In this document: piece after piece, positions 8,953 through 20,627 of the stretch
How the letters are laid out: each line of letters opens with the position of its first letter
How positions within the stretch are numbered: position 1 is the stretch's first letter
From: Desulfatiglandales bacterium
GTDB taxonomy: Bacteria; Desulfobacterota; DSM-4660; Desulfatiglandales; HGW-15
Direction: 5' to 3'
NCBI GenBank assembly: GCA_963667015.2
Contig: CAXXJJ010000001.1
Coordinates: 448,001 to 512,000 of the forward strand
Length of the DNA: 64,000 nt
Program-made: the position numbers and the translations under genes
Notes under the pieces: generated by a model
Told to the model about the DNA's origin: nothing
Database searches by the model: none
What the model saw: only the letters and a program-made list of their open reading frames with translations

Positions 8953-10393
8953 ATGGGTAAAGAACAGAACATAAAAATCTCCGACATTATCCTGGATAAC
9001 AGGATCTATCCGCGAAGCAGCATCGATCACAAAAGAGTCTCAATGTTTGAAGAAAACATGCGGGATGGATTTGAGTTTGACCCCATTCATCTGGAGGTCC
9101 ATCCTGATGAACCGGGAAAGTATCGCATCCTGGATGGTGCTCACCGGTTTAATGCCTGTAAAGGCATTGGTAAAAAAGAAATTACAGCAGAAATTATAGA
9201 ACTAAATGGAAAGGACCCGCTCCTTTATGCTGCGAGACAGGCAATAGGCCCAAGGCTCCTCAATGATGAAGATGCCAGGAATACTGCGAGAAGGGCATAT
9301 CAGAATAATCCGAAACTTAGTTCGGAAGAGATAAGTAAAGATGTCGGGCGATCGAGACAGTCAGTGGATAATTACATTGCTGATCTAAGGGCTTCTTTTC
9401 AACAGGATATTAATCAAAAAATATTTAATATGATCCATTTAGGTATTCCTCAACAAAGGATATCTGATCGTTTGAACATCCTTCAGAGCAAAATCTCGGG
9501 CTATTTATCGGATATGCTAATATTGGCAAATCCGATAAATAGCGATCTGGAAAGAGGTTTCACAGTCGCCCAGGTTGCCGAAAAGCACGGCTGGCCTGAA
9601 CCTCTGGTGTGGTCTCTTAAACTGGAGGGGAAAAATGACCTGGATAAATGTGATGAATTAAAATGGGAAATCAGACCCTGGAACTACTGGGAATGGTTTG
9701 AACCTGATAAAAGATTCGGTGACGAATGGCCGGAAAGATTGCCCGCACAGATCATAGCCAATATACTTTATTTCTTCTCAAAAGAGGGTGATCTGGTTTT
9801 TGATCCCATGGCAGGCGGCGGGGTAGTGGCGGATACCTGCCTTGCCCTTAACCGCCGCTGCTGGAGCTTTGATATGGTGGACCGGCCTGATGACAGGCCC
9901 GAGATCGAACCCTACTGCTGGGACATTAGCAATCCTGAATGGCCTGTAATTGGAAAGACAAAACCGGATCTCATATTCTTTGACCCTCCATATTACAAAG
10001 GTGAAGGAGAAGATGATATATCGAAACTGGAAAAAGAAGAGTATCTGAAGTTCCTTGAAACATTCCTGAAACTCGCCAGTGAGAACAGCAAAAAGAATAC
10101 GAAGCTTGCCATGATTTGTGCTGACTGGAGAGACTTCTGGGATACCCCTGCAGTGGATGAAAACCCTGATAAATCTATATTGATAAACGATTATGCAGAA
10201 AGAATTGAAAAATGCGGGCTGGCATATTTCCGATCTGATCCAGGCGCCCAGATCACCGGAGAAGTATCAGGGAGATGCTGCCGCTGAAATGGAAAAAAAG
10301 AAGATACTGGGGGTAACAGGCAGGCATGTAAGTGGTGGCTGGAAAAGCAGGCTGAAGCATGTTCGGCTGAAGGCTGTTTCTCATAGAGCCTAA
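8953..10393 (+). pseudogene. ParB-like N-terminal domain fused to a DNA methyltransferase, frameshifted near 10207
   Basis: ILDGAHR (ParB), DPMAGGG (SAM binding), DPPY (catalytic); the C-terminus continues in another frame after GAAAAATG. Confidence 0.65.
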
Positions 10394-10666
10394 AAGAGCT
10401 ACACAGCGATCTGTGTAATTCATCCGCTGGTTTATTAATCACTTGTTCATGAACACTTCTATCCCATAATTTCTCATCCTCTTTTTAGGAGAAATGTGTT
10501 ACCCTTATATCCTTAAAATATTTGTAATTCTTACTATCGGCTATCATAAACAATTATTGTTCTTTTATTAATTTGTATAATTTTAATTTGATCCACACAC
10601 AAAAAATAAACGATGGCATTTATAAAATGGGCTGATCCATCTTAAAACCAGGAAAGAATTTAAAAG

Positions 10667-13142
10667 ATGAATACTAATATTTTAGATTTTATCGATTTTG
10701 AGAAGGTGAATACACTTCTTGAAGGGTTCAACCAAACAACAGGTTTTGTAACAGCCATTTTAGACCTTGAAGGAAACGTCTTATCGAAATCAGGATGGAG
10801 ACAAATTTGTACCGAATTTCATCGTATTAATCCTGGAACCGCTAAAAGATGTACAGTTAGCGACACTGCCTTAGCCAATAAAATGAGAGAGGGTGAAAAA
10901 TATCATTTTTATAAATGCTTAAATGGATTGGTTGATGTAGCGGTACCGATTATAATAGCTGGGGACCATGTCGCCAACCTTTTTTCCGGACAATTTTTTT
11001 TTGAAAAACCGGACGTCTCTTTTTTCAAAAAACAGGCAGAGATATATGACTTCGAAGAAAATTCCTATCTTAAAGCGCTCGAAAAAGTACCAATAATTTC
11101 GCAGGAGAAAGTTAAAACTGCGATGGAATTTTTGCTGAACATGACCGATATGATCAGTGAAATGACATTTCAAAAGTTAGAGCAGATAGAACTGAATGAA
11201 GAGAGAAAAAAAAATGAGGAGGCATTGCGGCATAGCGAGGAAGATTTAAAAGAAACACAGCGAATTGCCCATGTGGGCAGTTGGCGTTTGGATGTTCTGA
11301 GCAATCAGGTCGTTTGGTCGGATGAGCTTTACAGAATGTATGGTTTTGATCCGTCACTTCCTCCACCGCCTTTCACTGAACATCAGAAACTATTTACCCC
11401 TGAGAGTTGGAACAAATTGAGCATGGCCCTAAATAAAACTACAGATACTGGAATCCCTTACGAGCTTGAGTTGGAAACATTGCGAGAGGATGGGACGCGA
11501 GGCTGGATGTGGGTTCACGGTGAGGTAGTTCGTGATGCAAGAGGTGTCACTGTCGGACTAAGAGGAGCTGCTCAGGATATCACAGAGCGCAAACAGGCAG
11601 ATGAAGCTCTGAAGGCCAGTGAAAAAAAGTACCAATCTTTGTTTAAGAATGCCCAGGTAGCGCTGTTCAGGAATAGACTTTCTGACGGCAAGGTCATTGA
11701 GATAAATGAACGATATGCAAAAATGGCAGGTTATTCAAATATTCAAGACTGTATGGCTGAGTTTAATGCAGCAGATGCATGGGTTGAGCCAAATAAGCGC
11801 AAGAAATTTTTGGAGATTTTACAGGAAAAAGGATTTGTAAGCGATTACGAGACTGAAATTATTCGCAGGGATGGAACCACTATCTGGATATCTTTTTCGG
11901 CGACGATTTTTCCTGAACATGGGTTTCTTGAAGGATCAATAGTGGACATCACCGAACGTAAGCGATCCGAGATTGAGCGAGAGAAATTGCAGGCCCAGTT
12001 GATGCAGGCCCAAAAAATAGAATCCGTCGGACGTTTGGCCGGAGGTGTGGCCCATGATTTTAACAATATGCTTAGTATCATCCTTGGTAATGCAGAAATA
12101 ATCATGGAGGATATTGACCCGTCAAATCCTTTTGTCACAAATCTGGAAGAGATCTATAAGGCTGCCGAGCGTTCTGCCGACTTGACCAGACAATTGTTAG
12201 CCTTTGCACGCAAACAGACGATAGATCCCAGGATACTAAACCTGAACCATGTCCTTGATAATATGCTTAAAATGCTAAAACGTCTTATCGGAGAGGACAT
12301 CGATTTGATTTGGCAGCCTTTCCAAAACCTTTGGTCTGTCAAAATCGATCCTTCTCAGATTGATCAGATATTGGCTAACCTCTGTGTTAATGCCCGGGAT
12401 GCAATCAAGAGTGTCGGTAAAGTCACCATTGAGACAAGCAATATTTCCTTTGATGAAGCCTATTGCAAAGAACATGCGGGTTTTAATCCCGGTGACTATG
12501 TTATGATGGCAGTCAGTGATAATGGTTCCGGTATGGATAAAAAAAACCCTTGATAATCTTTTCGAACCCTTTTTTACCACAAAAGATATCGGCCAGGGAA
12601 CCGGCCTTGGGCTGGCAACAGTATATGGCATTGTAAAACAAAACGATGGTTTTATAAACGTTTACAGCGAACCAGGTCAGGGGACTATTTTTAAAATTTA
12701 TCTTCCTGTTCATTCAGAAACATCAGTTTCCTACCAAAAAGAATTTACCAGGGCAACCCTGAAAGGTAATGAAACAATCCTATTGGTGGAGGATGAAAAG
12801 GCCATCCTGAGGATGACCAAGTTGATGCTTGAGCGACTGGGCTACACCGTATTGACAGCTTCTTCACCGAATGAAGCCATATCAATTGTGGAAGACTCCA
12901 ATAATAATGCAATTCATCTGCTTATGACCGACGTTGTCATGCCCGAAATGAACGGACGAGATCTGTCGAAAAAACTCCTCAGTATATATCCTGGCCTTAA
13001 ATGTCTGTTTATGTCGGGTTACACTGCCAACGTTATTGCCCATCATGGTGTTCTGGATACAGGGGTACAGTTTATAAATAAACCATTTTCGAAGCAAGAT
13101 TTGGCAGCTAAAGTGAGAGAAGTGCTTGATGAGGGGAAGTAA
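10667..13142 (+). pseudogene. Hybrid histidine kinase (PocR-PAS-PAS-HisKA-HATPase-REC), split by a frameshift in an A8 run at 12539-12546
   Basis: AHDFNN H-box and DNGSGM in ORF1; FEPFFTTK, GTGLGL and REC in ORF2. Confidence 0.8.
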
Positions 13143-13270
13143 AAGGCGACGTAGGTTCCAAAAAACCAGAGGTGTCAGACCTTCATAAAAAGAAACGGTG
13201 TCTGGTCTGTACTTTTTACACATGACATAGCAGGAAAAGAAAACCGTAAATTTCCTTAAAGAAAGATGTA

Positions 13271-14040
13271 TCAGATAATTTCTCCCTTCCATAATTTTTC
13301 TAAAAAGATTTTCCAGGGAAAAATGGTGATGTTGTCCTGTGTAACCCTTTCATAGCGGTCACAGCTGACAACAGCATAATTCCGGATGATTCCTTCTTCC
13401 TTCAAGGCCCTGATACCTTTGAGGTGTTTATCCTGTACTGATACAGCGCTTTTCATCTCTATAGCCCATTGATTATCCAGTATTACATCCACTTCAAATT
13501 GCGAAGTAGATCTCCAATAGTACATCCTGGTGTCCCTACGTAAATAAGATATAAATGCCCTTATCTCCAGCATGATAAAATGCTCGAAGGCCTTGCCAAA
13601 CAGTTCCGAACCTTCAAGAATCTCTCCCCTGTTTGCCAGGGAATTTGTCACACCAATATCGAAAAAATAAAGTTTAGGGCGGGAGATGGCTTTTCGCTTC
13701 CTGGTTTTAATGAAGCCTGTCAGTTGAAATGCAACGAGAGTATCTTCAAGGACCTGAATATAATTTTTAATTGTATTGGCAGAAACACCGCAGTCGCCGG
13801 CAAGTGACTGATAGCTTATTTCTTCACCGTTGCTCAGGGCCATCAGATCTAAAAACTCGGAAAACTGGACTACCTTTCTGCTTAAGGCTTCGTTCTGGAT
13901 TTCTTCTTTTAAATACAGTGCGGCGTACGCCTTTAACTCTTCAAGCGGATAAGTGTTGTCTTTCCTGTTCCTCTTGGCCCAAATAAAAAAAATGACTTTT
14001 TATCCAGTAACTCAGGCAGGTTAAGTACTCTTTTATACAT
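13271..14040 (-). pseudogene. AAA_14/DUF4143 ATPase with internal deletion
   Basis: MYKRVLNL...FLFGPRGTGKTTL joined out of frame near 13950 to ...PLEELKAY...; DUF4143-like C-terminus (KLYFFDIG, YYWR, EVD, AIEMK). Confidence 0.75.
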
Positions 14041-14338
14041 GTTTTCCTCACTGCTAATTCAGATTGTCATGATAATCCGCAATAGAGTTGCATTTTATAA
14101 CTAATTATTTATTTTTTCAACTCTGTTTTAAACTACTGTTATTTCAAATTATATAAAATATACAATTTTGAGATCCTCTTGCAAAAAGTGCGGGGGTTTC
14201 TCGAAAAATAAAAAGTGTCTTCGCCATAGGGCTTGATTTTACCTCCCGCTTCATGTATGCTTCCTCTCTTGTTTTGATAAAATCAACATAATCTATAAAT
14301 AGATACAGAATATTATGTGCAGGATGAAGGATTAAATT

Positions 14339-14596
14339 ATGAAATTCTGGCGTGAACCATTTGACACAGATGTAATTGAAATTGCAAAAGGAAAAGTCGT
14401 TATTATTGAAGACCGGTGCAAGGGCTGTGGGTATTGCATAGAGTTTTGCCCGCGTCTGATACTGGCCTTTTCAAAGGGATTCAATAAAAAAGGGTATCAC
14501 CCTCCCGAGGTCCAGAAACCGGATGAGTGTGTCAACTGCCACTATTGTGAGATAATCTGTCCCGAATTCGCAATCTATTCTGAAGAGATAAAATAA
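14339..14596 (+). CDS. korD: 2-oxoacid:ferredoxin oxidoreductase delta subunit (2x[4Fe-4S])
   Basis: CKGCGYC..CP and CVNCHYCEIICP. Confidence 0.85.
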   Translation: MKFWREPFDTDVIEIAKGKVVIIEDRCKGCGYCIEFCPRLILAFSKGFNKKGYHPPEVQKPDECVNCHYCEIICPEFAIYSEEIK

Positions 14597-14619
14597 ACCT
14601 AATTTTGGAATGAGAAAAT

Positions 14620-15765
14620 ATGAGACCAGCAGTATTAACAGGTGAACATTACATAACAGGCGATGAAGCGTGTGCTGAAGGAGCCATGGCCGCGGGATGC
14701 ATGTTTTTTGGAGGGTATCCCATTACCCCTGCAACAGAGGTTGCAGAGCATATGTCAGTGCGGCTCCCCGAAGTCGGTGGCACCTTTATACAGATGGAAG
14801 ATGAAATAGCCGCCATGGCATCCATACTCGGTGCCTCATGGGCCGGCCAGAAAAGCATGACATCCACTTCCGGGCCGGGTTTCAGCCTTATGATGGAAAA
14901 TATCGGCCTCGGCGTCTGTACCGAAACCCCCTGCGTTGTTGTTAACGTTCAGCGTGCAGGGCCATCAACCGGTCTTCCGACCATGGGTGCCCAGGGAGAT
15001 ATGATGCAGGCGCGCTGGGGCTCTCACGGGCATTATGAACTGATTGCCCTGGCACCGTCATCAGCACAGGAAATTTTCAGCCAGACCATTACGGCCTTTA
15101 ACCTTGCAGAAAAATACCGGACACCGGTAATGCTCATGACAGACGAGGTAATCGGCCATATGAGCGAAAAGGTGGTTATTCCGGATGCCTCTGAAATAAA
15201 GACAATTTCGAGAACCAAACCAAAGGGCCGGAAGGATCGTTTCAGGCTCTATCAGCCGGGTGAAAACGGTGTTGCACCGATGCCTGCGGCCGGTGACGGA
15301 TACAAGATTCATGTTACAGGTCTGACCCATGACGAAAGGGGCTACCCGACAATGACAGTGGAGGCCCAGGCGGAGATGATGGACCGGATTGTGAGGAAGA
15401 TCCGGGACAACAGGGACGATATTATAATGACAGAGTCCCATAATCTGGAAGATGCTGAAATTATTCTTGTTTCCTATGGCATATCAGCCAGAACCAGCCT
15501 TGCGGCCATGCATCAGGCCCGTTCAATGGGCATGAAGGTGGGTTTTTTAAAGCTTGCTACAATCTGGCCCTTTGCGGAAGAAAAAATAAGGGAGCTGGCC
15601 GAAAGGGCAAAGGCCCTTATTACTGTGGAGATAAATCTGGGTCAGATTCACCTCGAGGTGACGCGCAGTGCTGCGGGCAGGGCGGAGTGTCATCTGGTCG
15701 GTCACGCAGGGGGCACGGTAATTACCCCGGAGCAGGTCATGGCAAAAATCAAGGAGGTTTACTGA
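14620..15765 (+). CDS. korA: 2-oxoacid:ferredoxin oxidoreductase alpha subunit
   Basis: GYPITP, QMEDEIAA, TSGPGFSLM, QRAGPSTG. Confidence 0.9.
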   Translation: MRPAVLTGEHYITGDEACAEGAMAAGCMFFGGYPITPATEVAEHMSVRLPEVGGTFIQMEDEIAAMASILGASWAGQKSMTSTSGPGFSLMMENIGLGVCTETPCVVVNVQRAGPSTGLPTMGAQGDMMQARWGSHGHYELIALAPSSAQEIFSQTITAFNLAEKYRTPVMLMTDEVIGHMSEKVVIPDASEIKTISRTKPKGRKDRFRLYQPGENGVAPMPAAGDGYKIHVTGLTHDERGYPTMTVEAQAEMMDRIVRKIRDNRDDIIMTESHNLEDAEIILVSYGISARTSLAAMHQARSMGMKVGFLKLATIWPFAEEKIRELAERAKALITVEINLGQIHLEVTRSAAGRAECHLVGHAGGTVITPEQVMAKIKEVY

Positions 15766-16601
15766 TGGTTGCAAATACTCAATCACCTATAGAGCAAACT
15801 CATCCGCTGGACAGCCTTATCAGGACAGACAGGATACCGCACATATGGTGTACGGGCTGCGGAATCGGTACGGTCTTTTCCTCCTGTCTGAAGGCAATGG
15901 TTTCAAGCGGTATTGATCTCGAAAAAACATGCATGGTTTCAGGTATCGGGTGTACAGGACGCGGCGCGGGTTACCTGAACCTTGACTCGTTTCATACAAC
16001 CCATGGAAGGGCCATTCCCTTTGCTACAGGGCTCAAGCTTGGAAATCCGGACCTTAATGTGATTGTCTTCAGCGGTGACGGCGACCTTTTTGCCATAGGA
16101 GGGAATCACTTTATACACGGTGCACGCAGAAATATCGATATGACGGTTATATGCGTAAACAACCTTATATACGGCATGACGGGCGGGCAGGTCGCCGCGA
16201 CAACTCCTGTCAACGCAAAGACGACCACTACCCAGTCAGGAAACCCTGATGCGCCCTTTAATCTGCCCCTGATGGCATGGGCGTCCGGCGCAACATATGT
16301 GGCACGCTGGACAATGCTGCATATAAGGGAACTGACGGTATCCATAGAAAAGGCCATCACAAAGAGCGGGTTTTCCTTTATAGAGGTCCTGGCTCCCTGC
16401 CCGACCAACTATGGCAGGAGAAACAAGGAAAAATCCCTGGAAACACTCAAACTATACAGGGATAAGACAATAATCAAAAATAATGCGGACCCCACAGAGC
16501 TCGACGTGGATTTCCAGAAGGGTGTTGTCCTTGGTGAGTTTGTGGACAGGGAACGCCCTACATGTATAGAGAATTATGACAGGACCTGCAGGGCATTCTA
16601 A
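15765..16601 (+). CDS. korB: 2-oxoacid:ferredoxin oxidoreductase beta subunit
   Basis: WCTGCG, SGIGC, GDGD TPP motif, YGMTGGQ. Confidence 0.9.
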   Translation: MVANTQSPIEQTHPLDSLIRTDRIPHIWCTGCGIGTVFSSCLKAMVSSGIDLEKTCMVSGIGCTGRGAGYLNLDSFHTTHGRAIPFATGLKLGNPDLNVIVFSGDGDLFAIGGNHFIHGARRNIDMTVICVNNLIYGMTGGQVAATTPVNAKTTTTQSGNPDAPFNLPLMAWASGATYVARWTMLHIRELTVSIEKAITKSGFSFIEVLAPCPTNYGRRNKEKSLETLKLYRDKTIIKNNADPTELDVDFQKGVVLGEFVDRERPTCIENYDRTCRAF

Positions 16602-16616
16602 TTCAGGAAGAAAATT

Positions 16617-17192
16617 ATGCAAAAAAAGATAATCATAACAGGTTTCGGCGGCCAGGGGGTAATCATGGCCGGCCGGATAGTGGGAAAATCAGCAGCGCTT
16701 GGGGACAAACTTGAAAGTTCGCTTGTCCAGTCTTACGGACCCGAATCAAGGGGCGGCGCCTGCAGTGTCCAGGTTACAATAGCTGATGAGCAGATATATT
16801 ATCCCTATATTAATGTCCCTGACATCCTGGTCTGTATGTCACAGGCAGGATTTGACAAGTATGCGGATATACTTACCGATGATACTGTCCTTATAATAGA
16901 TCAGGATCTTGTAAAACAGTCTATTGACCGTGATTATTATGCCATCCCTGCCACAAGATTCGCGGAGGAGATGGGCCTGAAGATGATGGCCAACATAATA
17001 ATGATCGGCTTTTTGACCGGTATAACAGAGGCGGTTTCCCTGGATTCGGCAAGGGACACAGTCGCCAAATCAGTCCCTCCCAAAACAATTGAAATAAATA
17101 CCAAAGCATTTAACCGTGGCTGGGAGTTTGCCCAGGCCACTCTGAAGAGTCGCCGGAAAAAGGCTGCCGGCAATATAGGAGTTGTTAAATGA
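16617..17192 (+). CDS. korC: 2-oxoacid:ferredoxin oxidoreductase gamma subunit
   Basis: GFGGQG, SYGPESRGG. Confidence 0.9.
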   Translation: MQKKIIITGFGGQGVIMAGRIVGKSAALGDKLESSLVQSYGPESRGGACSVQVTIADEQIYYPYINVPDILVCMSQAGFDKYADILTDDTVLIIDQDLVKQSIDRDYYAIPATRFAEEMGLKMMANIIMIGFLTGITEAVSLDSARDTVAKSVPPKTIEINTKAFNRGWEFAQATLKSRRKKAAGNIGVVK

Positions 17193-20100
17193 AAAGTGCG
17201 AAGAACAGGCTGCACAGTGTAATGATAATGGGGGCAACTCCTGCCGGAATCGCAGCCGCCAACAAGCTTGGAGAGCTCGGTGTTCCGGTTACACTTGTGG
17301 ATAAAGACTCTGACCTCAATGAAAAACTATCAGATGACAACTATCGTCTGGAATCCGGAGTAACATATAACTACGCAAACCGGCCAGGCCTGATAAGGAT
17401 CCTGCGGAATTCAAACATCCGCTGTATTCTGCCTGCAGAGGTTAACAGGATACGTCACAGCCAGCAGGGATTTAATGTCAAACTGGAAAGACCCCAAACC
17501 TATGTTGATCCGGAAAGGTGTACCCTCTGCGGTAAATGTATTGAAATATGTCCTGTAAAAAACGAAGACGGATCAGCTCCCATTCATATCAACAGCCGAT
17601 TGAGCCTGCCCGGCAGGGCCAGGATAGACAAACGCATGGAGCCTCTTTGTCAGGCAAGCTGTCCCCTCGGAGTAAACGCTCAGGGTTACATAGCCCTTGC
17701 AAAGGCCGGCAAATATAAGGAAGCCCTTGATATTATAAGGAATGACAATGTGCTTCCCGCCATATGCGGAAGGGTATGCACACACCCCTGCGAAGATGCC
17801 TGCCGCAGGGCCGAGGTGGATGATGCCCTTGCCATCAGGGATATAAAGAGGTTTGTTTCCGATGCTGCCTGTGACGAGAATGAAAAACTGCCGGAGCCAC
17901 AGGCCCCCCAAAGGGATGAAAAAGTAGCCGTAATAGGTTCCGGACCTGCCGGTATAGCTGCAGCCGCAGATCTTGCACGCCAGGGTTTTTCCGTAACAAT
18001 ATTTGAAAAGGAGAAAGAGGCCGGAGGTCTTCTGCGATACGGAATAGGTCCTCACAGGCTTCCGAGGAAGGTGCTGGACAGGGAACTGAAGGTATTGAAA
18101 TCGGAAGGCGTAAATATAGTAACTGGCCGCCATGTGCATATTCCACGCGATCTGGAAGAACTAAGGAAAAAATATAATGCAGTGCTTCTTGCAACGGGCT
18201 CATGGGCCGACCGCAAAATAGGTGCGCCGGGCGAAGAGCTCAAGGGTGTGTCGGGATGTATTTCATTCCTGGGAAAAATCTACAGAAATGAAAATCCTCC
18301 TCCGGGTAAAAAGGTTGCTGTTGTAGGAGACGGGAATGCGGCCTTTGACATGGCGCGAGTACTTAAACGCATGGGTTCCGATGTGACTATACTTTCATGG
18401 TTTAAAAAGGACAGCATTCCGGCAGACCCGCACGAGGTAAAAGGCGCTATTGAGGAAGGAGTAAATATAAAGGATGAGTGTCAGGTTATTGAGTTTCTGG
18501 GTGCAGACGGCAAACTCCAGGGCGTAAGGCTTAAACCCACTCAGCCCGGACCCGAGGATGAAAATGGTATAGCCTGGCCCAGGATAATACCGGGGAGCAA
18601 ATCCTTTGAAGAATCCTTTGACCAGGTATTTGTCGCAATCGGGCAGACAGGGGTCTATCAGAATATCCAGGCCGGAACAGACCTGAAGTTTACCGATTAC
18701 GGCTATATTGATATAGATAAAAACAATTCAACAGGAATGAAAAATGTATATGCCGCAGGTGATGCCGTTACCGGGGCAACATCGGTTGTAAAGGCCATGG
18801 CCAGCGGCAGATCCGCTGCGGCCAGGATGATGAAGTCCCTTGCAGGTATAACATCCCCCTGGAAAATTAAACCCGAAAGACCCGAAAGTGCGGATTACAG
18901 GCCGTTACCTGAGATACTGGAAAAGGATCCGAGGGAGGAGATGTCGGAAATTTCTCCTGCTGCAAGAGAGAATAATTTTGATGAAGTTTCCCTCGGCTTT
19001 ACAGAGGATCAACTGCTTCATGAGGCATCCCGCTGTCTTCAGTGCGGCCATTGCTCCCAGTGCCTTGAATGTATCACCGCATGTGCTGCCAACAATGCCA
19101 TCGTGCATGATGAAACAGTAAAAAGGATAACTGAAAACGCGGGTGTTTTGATTGTTGCAGATCCCTCAATGGCAAAGGATATAAAGGGTGAAGATGTTAT
19201 CCGGGCCTATGGACCCAGTTCGGCCAGAGGCGATGTTCATGCGATGATCCAGAGGGGGTTTGCCTCGGCCGCAAAGGCCCTGCTTCTACTCAGGGAGGCA
19301 TCTCCCAGGCATAAAGGCCATGGTACATCCTATATTCCCTTTGATACCGGATTGACCGATGAAATCAGGATAGGTGTTTTTGCCTGCAGGTGTAACGATT
19401 CATTCGGGTGGTCGGATAAAATGACAGGCTACCTTGACAGCCTTGTTGCAAAGCCGGAGATAGCCCATGCAGAGGCCCTTAATTCGGCCTGTATCCCCGA
19501 AGGCGTTACCAGGATTCTTGATGTTGTCCGCGAAAAAGCACTTACAAGGATTGTTCTGGCATCATGTGTGTGCTGCCCCCTGGACTATGTCTGCAGTGCG
19601 TGTACTGACCAGAGGAGCCGGCTTAAGGACGGTCTTTTTAACGGTACTGGAATCAGCCGCTCGATGGTTCAGACATGCAACCTGCGGGGAGAAGTATTAA
19701 GGTTGATGGAGCAGGATGAACATCTTGCAGTGGAATCCTTCAAGGGCCTTATTGACAGGAGCATAGGAAGATCCGGAAAGCTTTTTGCCTTTCCAGCACC
19801 TGTACGTAATTTTAACTTTACGACTGCTGTTATAGGCCAGACGGAAGCAGCCCTCATAAGCGCGGAAACACTGGCACAGCTCGGGTTTGAGGTCTATATG
19901 TTCGGGACAGAAAAACGCCCCTTAAAGAGTTGTCCAAAACATTCAAATATACACGGTTTTATAGGGTCCGAAGTAACTGCCATAAGCGGCACACTGGGTG
20001 AATTCAGCGTAAATGTAAGTACCGGAGATGTTGACAGAACTTTTACGGTAGGGAGCGTGATACTGGGTGAAAAATCACGTAACATCGCCCTGTATCACAC

Positions 20101-20566
20101 TCATGGTGACCTCCCTGGAAAGACAGTACAGTCCAAAATGCAGAAGGAACACGAGACGGATGTTCCTTTCTTAAATCCCGGATCAACTTCCATCTCAGGG
20201 CTTTACCTTGCTGACCCGCCGGGCATCCAGATATCGAAACATACACAGGGGTTGGCAGCGGCTACTCTTGCAGCGGTTGCAATACCCAGGGGGCCCCGCC
20301 AGTACAGGGGTTTTCTTGTAACAATAAACCAGGAGCTTTGCCGCAGTTGCGGACGCTGTCTGCAGGTATGCCCATATCAGGCAATATCACTTAAGCCCAA
20401 TGATGTGGGAGCCTATGTCGCAACAGTGGATTCAATGCTGTGCAAGGGATGCGGAAACTGTATTTCGGTTTGTCCCAGCAATGCTGCCGACAGCCCGTTC
20501 AGGGATCAGGCCTATCTGGAACAGACTCTTGAAGAACTGCTGCTGGATTACCGGCTTGATAATTAA
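17189..20566 (+). CDS. HdrA/HdrL-like flavoprotein with an inserted GltD/NfnB-type NAD(P)H module and ferredoxin domains
   Basis: CQASCP, CGRVC.HPCE, GSGPAG, GGLLRYGI, AAGD, EASRCLQC; degenerate HdrA segments; terminal Fer4 motifs. Confidence 0.8.
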   Translation: MKSAKNRLHSVMIMGATPAGIAAANKLGELGVPVTLVDKDSDLNEKLSDDNYRLESGVTYNYANRPGLIRILRNSNIRCILPAEVNRIRHSQQGFNVKLERPQTYVDPERCTLCGKCIEICPVKNEDGSAPIHINSRLSLPGRARIDKRMEPLCQASCPLGVNAQGYIALAKAGKYKEALDIIRNDNVLPAICGRVCTHPCEDACRRAEVDDALAIRDIKRFVSDAACDENEKLPEPQAPQRDEKVAVIGSGPAGIAAAADLARQGFSVTIFEKEKEAGGLLRYGIGPHRLPRKVLDRELKVLKSEGVNIVTGRHVHIPRDLEELRKKYNAVLLATGSWADRKIGAPGEELKGVSGCISFLGKIYRNENPPPGKKVAVVGDGNAAFDMARVLKRMGSDVTILSWFKKDSIPADPHEVKGAIEEGVNIKDECQVIEFLGADGKLQGVRLKPTQPGPEDENGIAWPRIIPGSKSFEESFDQVFVAIGQTGVYQNIQAGTDLKFTDYGYIDIDKNNSTGMKNVYAAGDAVTGATSVVKAMASGRSAAARMMKSLAGITSPWKIKPERPESADYRPLPEILEKDPREEMSEISPAARENNFDEVSLGFTEDQLLHEASRCLQCGHCSQCLECITACAANNAIVHDETVKRITENAGVLIVADPSMAKDIKGEDVIRAYGPSSARGDVHAMIQRGFASAAKALLLLREASPRHKGHGTSYIPFDTGLTDEIRIGVFACRCNDSFGWSDKMTGYLDSLVAKPEIAHAEALNSACIPEGVTRILDVVREKALTRIVLASCVCCPLDYVCSACTDQRSRLKDGLFNGTGISRSMVQTCNLRGEVLRLMEQDEHLAVESFKGLIDRSIGRSGKLFAFPAPVRNFNFTTAVIGQTEAALISAETLAQLGFEVYMFGTEKRPLKSCPKHSNIHGFIGSEVTAISGTLGEFSVNVSTGDVDRTFTVGSVILGEKSRNIALYHTHGDLPGKTVQSKMQKEHETDVPFLNPGSTSISGLYLADPPGIQISKHTQGLAAATLAAVAIPRGPRQYRGFLVTINQELCRSCGRCLQVCPYQAISLKPNDVGAYVATVDSMLCKGCGNCISVCPSNAADSPFRDQAYLEQTLEELLLDYRLDN

Positions 20567-20627
20567 TAATACCGGAAGAGGTTTACTCTGTAGAATCTTT
20601 TCCTGAACTTTTTCAATCGGAAAATAT

